NCBI GenBank assembly: GCA_043822925.1
Contig: JBDRBF010000041.1
Coordinates: 4,957-68,956 of the forward strand
DNA from: a bacterium
GTDB lineage: Bacteria > Babelota > Babeliae > Babelales > RVW-14
Reading direction: 5' to 3'
Length of the DNA stretch: 64,000 bases
Part shown: piece by piece, positions 54,199-64,000 of the stretch
How positions within the stretch are numbered: the stretch's first letter is position 1
Layout: every line of letters begins with the position of its first letter
The notes under the pieces: generated by a model
What the model saw: only the letters and a program-made list of their open reading frames with translations
Database searches by the model: none
What the model was told of the DNA's origin: nothing
Position numbers and translations under genes: made by a program

Positions 54199-54843
54199 GT
54201 GAAGACAAACATAAGACAAAAAGGGTCTCTGGAGGTCGTCTGTGGCTCAATGTTTTCAGGAAAAACAGAAGAACTTATGCGGCGCCTAAAACGTGCGGAA
54301 TTTGCTAAACAAAAAGTTTTGACCATCAAACATTACATCGATGTTCGAAAAAGCCACACGTGCATCGTCTCTCATGATGGCAAAGAACGCGCAGCTTTCC
54401 CAATAGGACAAAACGACACCGGAATTGAGCAAATTTTAGAGCTAGCAAGCAGTGACATAGATGTAGTAGGCATAGACGAGGTCCAGTTTTTTCCAAGCTC
54501 TATCGTCTCAATTGTGTCTTATTTAGTCCAACATGGAAAACGCGTTATTGTTGCTGGGCTTGATTTAGATTTTCGAGGCGAACCATTTGGCACAACCCCA
54601 ATTCTTATGTCACTGGCTGACAAAGTAACAAAACTCAAAGCTGTTTGCGTCGTATGTGCACAAGAAGCACATCATACTCAACGCTTAATTAATGGCAAAG
54701 CAGCTAACTATGATGATCCAATAATTTTAGTCAGTGGAACAGAATATTACGAAGCCCGCTGTCGCAACTGTTTCCAGATAGATAAACAGCCCAAAATAGA
54801 CATTTTAATACAAAAAAATAAGATTACGAGTGTCCAAATATAA
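54199..54843 (+). CDS. tdk: Thymidine kinase
   Basis: P-loop GSMFSGKTEEL, then VGIDEVQFF, and zinc ligands CVVCAQEAHHTQR...ARCRNC. The start is set at GTG 54199 (GGAG 6 nt upstream), because the longer TTG-initiated ORF would run through the upstream hairpin. Confidence 0.88.
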   Translation: MKTNIRQKGSLEVVCGSMFSGKTEELMRRLKRAEFAKQKVLTIKHYIDVRKSHTCIVSHDGKERAAFPIGQNDTGIEQILELASSDIDVVGIDEVQFFPSSIVSIVSYLVQHGKRVIVAGLDLDFRGEPFGTTPILMSLADKVTKLKAVCVVCAQEAHHTQRLINGKAANYDDPIILVSGTEYYEARCRNCFQIDKQPKIDILIQKNKITSVQI

Positions 54844-54939
54844 GAAACTAGATGCCCCTTCGACAAGCTTCCCCCTACGCTAAATCTGTCGACGGACTAT
54901 GTAGCGCTACAAAAAAACCAAGAACTAACAGGAAAAAAT

Positions 54940-56316
54940 TTGGCAAAAAACAAAATACACTATGAGTGCAGCAATTGTGGACAGTCGAGCTTAAGATGGA
55001 TCGGCTGCTGCCCATCTTGTAGTGAATGGAATAGTTTTGTCGAGCACATAGAGCAGCCTGAAGGCTCACTTCTTACGGGAACATTATCAAGCAAAAACAC
55101 GGGAACAGCACCAGTAAATCTATTACTCTTCTCTCAAATACAAACAGAATCACAAGAACGCATGCTTTCTGGCATCAAAGAATGGGATAGAGTTTTAGGC
55201 GGTGGGATATTACCAGGATCTTTTACAATTTTAAGCGGGGACCCTGGCATCGGTAAATCGACGTTACTATTACAAATTGCAGACAAAATTGCACAAAATC
55301 ACAACGTAATTTACTTTTCTTCAGAAGAATCTCTAAATCAAATAAAAAACAGAGCTAACAGGCTCAATACAGCTGATTCAAAACTTTTACTTTCAGATCA
55401 AGCATGCTTACAAAATATTATTCAAATTAGTGTGGAAAAAAAACCCGACCTAGTAATCCTAGATTCTATTCAAAACTGCTATATATCTCTTGATTCATCA
55501 ACTATCCCTGGAACTATTGGACAGCTGAGAGAAGCGGGATTTCACCTGATGAGACTCGCCAAAGAGCATAATATCGCCATTCTTATTACAGGACACGTCA
55601 CAAAAGACGGCAATTTAGCTGGACCCAAAGTACTTGAACACATAGTCGACGCCGTTTTTTATCTACAAGCTGAAGACCGCTGGCAAACAAGAATTTTACG
55701 GTCAGTAAAAAACAGATTCGGGGCAATAAACGAAGTTGGTTTTTTCCAAATGTGTGAACAAGGCCTAGAAGAAGTATCAAACATAAATAAGCAATTGCTA
55801 GAAGAAACAACATATACACCCGGGGCAGTACTTGTATGCAGTATTGAGGGAATACGGCCCATATTATTAGAGCTACAGGCACTATGTATAACCTCAAAGT
55901 TGGGCTTTGCGCAACGAGTTGTAACCGGGGTTGACCCCAAGCGTGTTGTCTTAATCGCAGCTATTCTTGAGAAATACTTACACGTGCAATTAAGTAATCA
56001 GGATATATTTTTTAAAGTGAGTGGTGGATTAAAGATAAAAGATAGTTTAAGTGACCTGGGCATAGCTTTAGCACTACTTTCAAGCTACTTTCAAAAACCA
56101 TTGCCTCAAAAATCGGTCGCTCTTGCAGAGATCAGTTTAACAGGGCAAATTAAGCCTATAAACCAAATTGATACCTGTATCAAAGAAGTAGAAAAATTCG
56201 GACTCGAAAACATTCTTATCGCTCAAAAACAGAAGGTCAAAAGCTCTTGCTCAAAGCTTTTGACCTTCTCTAATGTCTATGAATTACTTAGGTTGTTTCC
56301 AGAAACTGGAAATTAA
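54940..56316 (+). CDS. radA: DNA repair protein RadA (TTG start)
   Basis: Zinc finger YECSNCGQSSLRWIGCCPSCSEWNSF, Walker A GDPGIGKST, KNRFG motif (VKNRFGAINEVGFF) and a Lon-like C-domain. Confidence 0.93.
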   Translation: MAKNKIHYECSNCGQSSLRWIGCCPSCSEWNSFVEHIEQPEGSLLTGTLSSKNTGTAPVNLLLFSQIQTESQERMLSGIKEWDRVLGGGILPGSFTILSGDPGIGKSTLLLQIADKIAQNHNVIYFSSEESLNQIKNRANRLNTADSKLLLSDQACLQNIIQISVEKKPDLVILDSIQNCYISLDSSTIPGTIGQLREAGFHLMRLAKEHNIAILITGHVTKDGNLAGPKVLEHIVDAVFYLQAEDRWQTRILRSVKNRFGAINEVGFFQMCEQGLEEVSNINKQLLEETTYTPGAVLVCSIEGIRPILLELQALCITSKLGFAQRVVTGVDPKRVVLIAAILEKYLHVQLSNQDIFFKVSGGLKIKDSLSDLGIALALLSSYFQKPLPQKSVALAEISLTGQIKPINQIDTCIKEVEKFGLENILIAQKQKVKSSCSKLLTFSNVYELLRLFPETGN

Positions 56317-56317
56317 C

Positions 56318-56647
56318 TTAGTATCCACCGCGTGAGCGATATCCACCGTCGCGAGATCCGCCGCCGTCACGAGATCCACCAGTGCGAGGGCCACCTTCAC
56401 GTGATGTTGCTAAATCAACTTTTAATTTTCTGCCATCACATTCATGGTCATTCATTTTTTCAATTGCTTGACGAGCTTCTTCTTCAGAAGACATTTCAAT
56501 GAAACCAAAACCACGTGAACGGCCAGTCATGTTATCTTTAATGATTTTTACTGATTCAACTGTACCAGCTTCTTGAAATAAATCGCTTAAGCTGCTTTCT
56601 GTTGTTGAATAAGGAAGATTTGCTACGAATAGCTTTTTGTTTGACAT
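56318..56647 (-). CDS. RRM-domain RNA-binding protein with RGG-type tail, copy 1
   Basis: RNP2 LFVANLPY and RNP1 RGFGFIEM, with tail GGSRDGGGSRDGGYRSRGGY. The start is at MSNKK (GGAGAA RBS). Confidence 0.88.
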   Translation of the reverse strand: MSNKKLFVANLPYSTTESSLSDLFQEAGTVESVKIIKDNMTGRSRGFGFIEMSSEEEARQAIEKMNDHECDGRKLKVDLATSREGGPRTGGSRDGGGSRDGGYRSRGGY

Positions 56648-56746
56648 GAAATTCTCCAGATCGTTAAAAAAATATAAAAAGGAACAAATAGTACAAATAC
56701 TAACGCGTACCAAGCAAAGCTTTAGTAACGCTTACGAACGATACGA

Positions 56747-57103
56747 TTATCTACCGTAGCCGCCATTACCACCACGTGAACCATACCCACCGCCATCGCG
56801 AGATCCGCCACGAGATCCGCCATCGCGAGATCCACCTGTGCGAGGTCCACCTTCACGTGAAGTAGCCATATCAACTTTTAATTTTCTACCATCACATTCA
56901 TGGTCGTTCATTTTTTCAATAGCTAAACGAGCCTCTTCTTCAGTAGACATTTCAATAAAACCAAAACCACGTGAGCGGCCGGTCATATTGTCTTTGATAA
57001 TTTTTACTGATTCGACTGTGCCTGCTTCTTGGAACAAATCGCTCAATTGTGTTTCTGATATTGAATAAGGAAGATTAGCTACGAACAATTTCTTACTTGA
57101 CAT
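56747..57103 (-). CDS. RRM-domain RNA-binding protein with RGG-type tail, copy 2
   Basis: The same RNP1 and RNP2 motifs, with tail GGSRDGGSRGGSRDGGGYGSRGGNGGYGR. Confidence 0.88.
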   Translation of the reverse strand: MSSKKLFVANLPYSISETQLSDLFQEAGTVESVKIIKDNMTGRSRGFGFIEMSTEEEARLAIEKMNDHECDGRKLKVDMATSREGGPRTGGSRDGGSRGGSRDGGGYGSRGGNGGYGR

Positions 57104-57201
57104 AAAGTTCTCCAGGTCATTAAAAAATAAAAAAATATAAACAAGTACAATTTCTAATGCGAGCCGAGCAAAGCTTCAGCACCACTTACTAACTAATACG
57201 C

Positions 57202-57561
57202 TTATCTACCGTAGCCACCGCCGTTACCGCCACGTGAACCATATCCACCACGAGATCCGCCATCACGAGATCTACCGCCATCGCGAGATCCGCCCGTACG
57301 AGGTCCGCCTTCACGTGTTGCTGCGATATCAACTTTTAATTTTCTACCATCGCACTCATGGTCGTTCATTTTTTCAATAGCTTGACGAGCTTCTTCTTCT
57401 GTAGCCATTTCAATGAACCCAAAACCACGTGAGCGGCCGGTCATGTTGTCTTTGATAATTTTTACTGATTCAACTGTTCCGGCTTCTTGAAATAAATCGC
57501 TCAATTGTGTTTCTGATATTGAGTAAGGAAGATTAGCTACGAACAATTTCTTGCTTGACAT
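57202..57561 (-). CDS. RRM-domain RNA-binding protein with RGG-type tail, copy 3
   Basis: The same RNP1 and RNP2 motifs. The start is at MSSKK (ATG at 57561, GGAGAA RBS) rather than the longer ORF. Confidence 0.88.
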   Translation of the reverse strand: MSSKKLFVANLPYSISETQLSDLFQEAGTVESVKIIKDNMTGRSRGFGFIEMATEEEARQAIEKMNDHECDGRKLKVDIAATREGGPRTGGSRDGGRSRDGGSRGGYGSRGGNGGGYGR

Positions 57562-58027
57562 AAAGTTCTCCAGACTATTTTTAAGTACTATTGCTAGATT
57601 CAAACTACCTAAGCACAAGCGCCCAGAGAAGTTACCTCAAACTAATACTACTTATTTTACATATCATTTATTAAAACTAATAATTACTACAAATTTAACT
57701 ATTTTTTACTTATTTATTATTAAAATCTCTTGGGGACCCTTTCTAAATTACTCGTACTGGAACTCACAAATACGCTCAAAACTTAAACTAACTGCCGGAA
57801 TAAGGTACATAGACGTACGTAGTTTGAAAGAGACCCCTAATCCAGACCTTATATATTTTACTAAATTTCAAAAGCAAAAACACAAATTTCAAATATCTTT
57901 CTATCTGTACTACTATACTAGCATAAAAACAAAGTAACTTTTTGCCATTTCCCAGCTGCTCTATTGTTTATTATAGGAACAGAAACCAAAAGTCGCAAGT
58001 CTATTCCCTTTTTTGCCATTTTTGCCA

Positions 58028-59905
58028 CTATTCAACCGTTACCGACTTTGCTAAATTTCTTGGCCTATCAACAGGATGATTCAATTTCTTCGTAATATGA
58101 TACACAAAAAACTGAACTAACCCTGTCATTGCTAACGGTCCAAGAAGCGGCTTAACACGCGGAATTATAAAGGCATAGTCCGCAAGCTTAATAAGCTCTT
58201 TTTGCCCCTCAAAGGCAAATACCAATAAATGTCCCTTACGAGCCCTGACTTCTTCAGCATTTGATACAATTTTCCAATACACAACGTCATCAAGCGTCGA
58301 AAAGATTACAACAGGAGTCAATTGATCAACCAATGCAATAGGACCATGCTTTAACTCTCCTGCCGGATAACATTCTGCAAAGATATACGCTATTTCTTTG
58401 ACTTTAAGAGCAGCCTCAAGGGCAAGGGGGTAACTAATATGTCTGCCCAAAAAAATATATCTATCAAACTTCGAATATTTTTCGGCTAATTCTTGCGTAA
58501 TTTTTAATTTATATGTTTCGATTGTTGTTTCCAAAATTTCAGCAGTAACAAACAAATCTTCTTCAGCTTCGCGCATTTCAGAAATGCTCACAAGCCCCTT
58601 CTGCAAAGCAATTCGATGCGCTAACCAATACAACATAGCTAATTGCGTCGAAAAGGCCTTTGTAGAAGCTACTGATATCTCAGGACCAGCTTGCATTGGT
58701 AAAAAACCTGCAGCCTCACGAACAATAGTACTCGAAGCTACATTAGTCAAAGCAATGGTCGAAATATTATATGAATTTACCAAACGCATAGCCTGAAGCG
58801 TATCTGCCGTTTCACCAGATTGCGAAATCGCTACATACACACCATTTTCACCTGGAAAAAATGGCATATGCAAAAATTCTGAAGCCAAATGCACCCGTAC
58901 TGGAATTTTACAAATATATTCGAAAAAAAACTGAGCGACTCGTGCCGCATGCCACGAAGTTCCGGCTGCAACAAAACCTATATGTGTTAAATTTTTTACC
59001 TGCTTACTCGTTAATCCCATTTGGCGCCAAAGACCATCTCCTCCAAGGCTACTCTGGTTTTTTCCAGAATCCCCAATAATCTTGCAAAAATTAATCGATC
59101 TCGTAATAGCCTTTTTTTGTTCATAAATTTCTTTAAGCATATAATGCTCAAAGCCCGACCTATCAATACTCTCATACTGAGTATCTATTTTTTCAAACGC
59201 AATATCCATCGGATTTCCATCAAAGTCAAAAAGCTCGATAGATTCTCTTTTTATAATAGCAAAACTCGAATCAGGAAGAAAAAGAACATCAGAAACTTTA
59301 TCAGAAAAAGCGAGAAAATCTGATGCTACAAATTTTTCATCCTGTCCAACGCCTACCACTAAAGGAGATCTGCGCCGAATCACTATAAGTTGATCTGGAT
59401 ATTTTTCCATAATAAAAACAAGCGCATACGCACCTCGAAGTCTTTGAACCAAGGTAAGTATCGCTTGTTTAAGAGATGGTTGTGTTTTCAACAAACAACC
59501 AAAAAGATGAACTATGACTTCAGTATCCGTAGAAGATTCAAAAACATGCTTATCTGCAAGCAATTCTTCCCGGATCTTTTCGCACTCTTCGATAATGCCA
59601 TTATGAACAACAGCTATACTCTTATTACAATTAAAATGCGGATGAGCATTTTTAGTATCAACTATACCGTGAGTAGCCCAACGCGTATGGCCCATGCCTA
59701 TATAACCATCAAAAGGGGCATTTTCACCAAGACGCTTAACGATATCCACACCACCAGCTTCTTTGTGATAACTAAAATGCTTATGCTTCGAATCAATAAA
59801 AACTATCCCTGCCGAATCATACCCACGATATTCAAGTCTCGCTAAACCCTCAAGTATAAATTCGCGACACTTTCTATTACCAACATAAGCAGAAATTCCG
59901 CACAT
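58028..59905 (-). CDS. glmS: Glutamine--fructose-6-phosphate aminotransferase
   Basis: N-terminal MCGI nucleophile, HTRWATHG, two SIS domains, and the C-terminus ...LAKSVTVE. Confidence 0.96.
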   Translation of the reverse strand: MCGISAYVGNRKCREFILEGLARLEYRGYDSAGIVFIDSKHKHFSYHKEAGGVDIVKRLGENAPFDGYIGMGHTRWATHGIVDTKNAHPHFNCNKSIAVVHNGIIEECEKIREELLADKHVFESSTDTEVIVHLFGCLLKTQPSLKQAILTLVQRLRGAYALVFIMEKYPDQLIVIRRRSPLVVGVGQDEKFVASDFLAFSDKVSDVLFLPDSSFAIIKRESIELFDFDGNPMDIAFEKIDTQYESIDRSGFEHYMLKEIYEQKKAITRSINFCKIIGDSGKNQSSLGGDGLWRQMGLTSKQVKNLTHIGFVAAGTSWHAARVAQFFFEYICKIPVRVHLASEFLHMPFFPGENGVYVAISQSGETADTLQAMRLVNSYNISTIALTNVASSTIVREAAGFLPMQAGPEISVASTKAFSTQLAMLYWLAHRIALQKGLVSISEMREAEEDLFVTAEILETTIETYKLKITQELAEKYSKFDRYIFLGRHISYPLALEAALKVKEIAYIFAECYPAGELKHGPIALVDQLTPVVIFSTLDDVVYWKIVSNAEEVRARKGHLLVFAFEGQKELIKLADYAFIIPRVKPLLGPLAMTGLVQFFVYHITKKLNHPVDRPRNLAKSVTVE

Positions 59906-60033
59906 TCTTCTACTATTTCTCTTCTAAATTTCTAAAAATAAAATCACCGCCAAGACAATATCGCCCTACAAAAAACGAATATTTCTCAGCTATAAGCAAA
60001 CACAAGTTCGCCGAAAAAACAGATCGCAAAAGA

Positions 60034-60450
60034 TTATCTCTTGACAAACTGGAACTTTTTACGAGCGCCTTTTTGTCCGTATTTTTTACGTTCTTTGACT
60101 CGCGAATCTACCGTTAAAAGACCATTTTTACGGAGTATTACGCCGAGAGATTCATCATATGCAAGCAAAGCACGTGCTATACCTAAACGAACAGCTTCTG
60201 CTTGCCCTTTGAGTCCGCCGCCTTCTGCAGTTACTTTTGCATCGAATGCTTTTTCGAGCTGAGTAACCTTAAATGGCACGCCGACGAGACTACGCGAAAT
60301 ATCGGTATCAAAATAATTACCATATTCTCTGCCATTAACCAAAATAGAGCCTTTCCCGCCCTTTTTTAGCCATACGCGAGCAACAGCTTTTTTCCGACGA
60401 CCAACACCGTGTATAGTGAAAACATCTTGTTTTACTTGAGCTTTTTTCAT
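60034..60450 (-). CDS. rpsI: 30S ribosomal protein S9
   Basis: Motifs GVGRRKKAVARVWLKKG and GGGLKGQAEAVRLGIARAL, ending ...KKFQFVKR. The start is at MKKAQVK (60450). Confidence 0.93.
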   Translation of the reverse strand: MKKAQVKQDVFTIHGVGRRKKAVARVWLKKGGKGSILVNGREYGNYFDTDISRSLVGVPFKVTQLEKAFDAKVTAEGGGLKGQAEAVRLGIARALLAYDESLGVILRKNGLLTVDSRVKERKKYGQKGARKKFQFVKR

Positions 60451-60580
60451 ATTTTTTTCAACCTGAATCATCAAAAACACGCCTGCTTTGTTAAGAAAAT
60501 TAACTAATTTCAATACGTTACCCATGCTACCCCACAAAAAGCACTTTGTCAAAATTTAACAAGTTAAATTCAGCTTTTTA

Positions 60581-60655
60581 TGGAGCCGATGATCGGATTT
60601 GAACCGACGGCCTACTGATTACGAATCAGTTGCTCTACCCCTGAGCTACATCGGC
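60581..60655 (-). tRNA. tRNA-Thr (CGT)
   Basis: Cloverleaf GCCGATG/TA/GCTC..GAGC/A/ACTGA-TTCGTAA-TCAGT/.../CATCGGC/T/CCA. Confidence 0.88.
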
Positions 60656-60752
60656 GCTACTACTAAAACTACTTAGCCTGTCAGCTATGATACAACCAAA
60701 ATATACTATAGAGCAGGCAAAAGCAATATTATAAACAAGCCTTTTGGGTTTA

Positions 60753-61100
60753 TTATTGACCCTCAAACGCCTCTTGGCAAACAATACAACGAGCAGCATA
60801 TGGTGAATTTTCTAATCTTTTTTCCGAAATAGCCTCACCACAATCAATGCACAAGCCAAATTCACCACGAGAAATACGCTTAAGCGCATCATCTATAAGG
60901 CGCAATTCATCAATTTCTGTCTGCTCTAGCGAGTTCTTAATTTTCTCCATGCTCAAAGACAAAGCTTCATCTCCACTATCTTGTACCTGATCTTCAGTTA
61001 CTCGTTCTTGTGTCGACTTAGTCAAGATGGTTGTCATCTCATTTTTTCTTAAATAAAGCTTATCCTTGATCTCGCTAATAAAATTTTCCCTTCGCTTCAT
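60753..61100 (-). CDS. DksA/TraR-family C4 zinc-finger protein
   Basis: Coiled-coil N-terminal part and C-terminal CIDCGEAISEKRLENSPYAARCIVCQ. Confidence 0.8.
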   Translation of the reverse strand: MKRRENFISEIKDKLYLRKNEMTTILTKSTQERVTEDQVQDSGDEALSLSMEKIKNSLEQTEIDELRLIDDALKRISRGEFGLCIDCGEAISEKRLENSPYAARCIVCQEAFEGQ

Positions 61101-61349
61101 AACTTCACCCTTTCTCTTTTTTTAGTCTCTTTTTTAGCAACTTGTCCTACTCTTTGCATTACACGAATCCTATTTATTACTTATTTTTAATACTTTCTCA
61201 ACATATTAATACAATTGGATACATTTACCCACCCAAATGACTCTAGGCTTAAATACACAAGCGACAATGATATCATAAAATAAAAAACGTGCAATATTTT
61301 GACCAGCACGTCTTTTTACAAAACTTAATACTATTTATTTAAAATTATT

Positions 61350-61811
61350 TTAATGATTTTTTTTTCGAAGATTCTTAAAAAAGCTTTTTAAAAGCTTCAA
61401 ACTTTCTTGTTCTTTAATCCCGCCCTGAATAATCAGAGTTTTAGCATAAGTAGGTAACTTGGACACATCACTAAGAGATGCGCCAAAAAGCGTGGACTTA
61501 GCTCCGTACACAAGGCCCGCTATGCGACTAATTTGAATTAAGCCCAAGCACATTAAACACGGTTCAAGTGTTACATATATAGTGCATCCAGCAAGTCGCC
61601 AATCTCCAAGTTTTTTACATGCTTTTTGAATAGCAAGTACTTCTGCATGCGCAGCCTGAGAACCCAACGTCTCAACTTTATTATGCGCACGTGCAATAAT
61701 CACCCCATTTGAATCAACAATAATTGCCCCAATAGGAACTTCCCCTTTTTCAAGAGCTTTTTGCGCTTGAATAAGAGCTTTATCCATGAATTTACAAATT
61801 TCTTTATTCAT
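61350..61811 (-). CDS. tadA: tRNA-specific adenosine deaminase
   Basis: Motifs HAEVLAI and TLEPCLMC. ~150 aa. Confidence 0.9.
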   Translation of the reverse strand: MNKEICKFMDKALIQAQKALEKGEVPIGAIIVDSNGVIIARAHNKVETLGSQAAHAEVLAIQKACKKLGDWRLAGCTIYVTLEPCLMCLGLIQISRIAGLVYGAKSTLFGASLSDVSKLPTYAKTLIIQGGIKEQESLKLLKSFFKNLRKKNH

Positions 61812-61881
61812 AAAACTACACTTTGATACAATGCGACATCAATGTTATACTGTGTACAAAATTCTACATTATTTTAGATAA

Positions 61882-64000
<2,119 letters not shown>

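Noticed and set aside
57551-57937. A 128-aa ORF on the plus strand in the glmS-RRM intergenic region.
   Set aside because: The translation is low-complexity and I/L/K/T/Y-rich. The ORF has no RBS, overlaps the 5' end of the RRM copy-3 gene in antisense, and is what an AT-rich spacer yields by chance.
59906-60033. A possible glmS ribozyme in the glmS 5' leader.
   Set aside because: Only ~128 nt are available between rpsI and glmS. The region is very AT-rich, and I cannot find the conserved GC-rich core or pseudoknot segments of the glmS ribozyme. An Rfam RF00234 scan would settle it.

Overview
AT-rich, gene-dense bacterial chromosome segment. kdsB, murA, mlaEF-like genes, an LptE-like lipoprotein, secretins and a beta-barrel OMP indicate a diderm. 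The compact layout, WD40-like exported proteins and RRM proteins would fit a reduced, host-associated lineage such as Dependentiae/TM6, but that is only a guess. All calls rest on motifs read in the supplied translations; no searches were run. Layout: (1) 417-9070 (-) holds a type II secretion / type IV pilus-like operon in the order gspC-like, secretin, gspL-like, gspM-like, second secretin, preceded by a MoxR ATPase. (2) 10251-17049 is housekeeping: a degenerate NtrC-like response regulator, mlaFE, secG, tpiA, an OMP and mreB. (3) 17.1-27.8 kb is an accessory island. It carries four large exported paralogs in an alternating A-B-A-B array, where a 14-residue-repeat head or a 7-bladed propeller head is fused to a shared C-terminal module. 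A decayed group II (class C-like) intron sits right after an intrinsic terminator. (4) 27.8-46.4 kb is conserved core: rph, pnp, rpsO, rpoC, rpoB, rplLJAK, nusG, secE, rpmG and six tRNAs, with no tuf. (5) 46.4-64 kb holds tsaE, a yacP-like gene, a solitary atpG, murA, kdsB, a tandemly duplicated membrane-protein cassette, tdk, radA, three tandem RRM/RGG RNA-binding genes, glmS, rpsI, a tRNA, a dksA-like gene, tadA and partial gyrB. No rRNA, CRISPR array, prophage or recognisable defence system was seen. The best candidates for novelty are the A/B modular exported-protein array and the dual-secretin operon.
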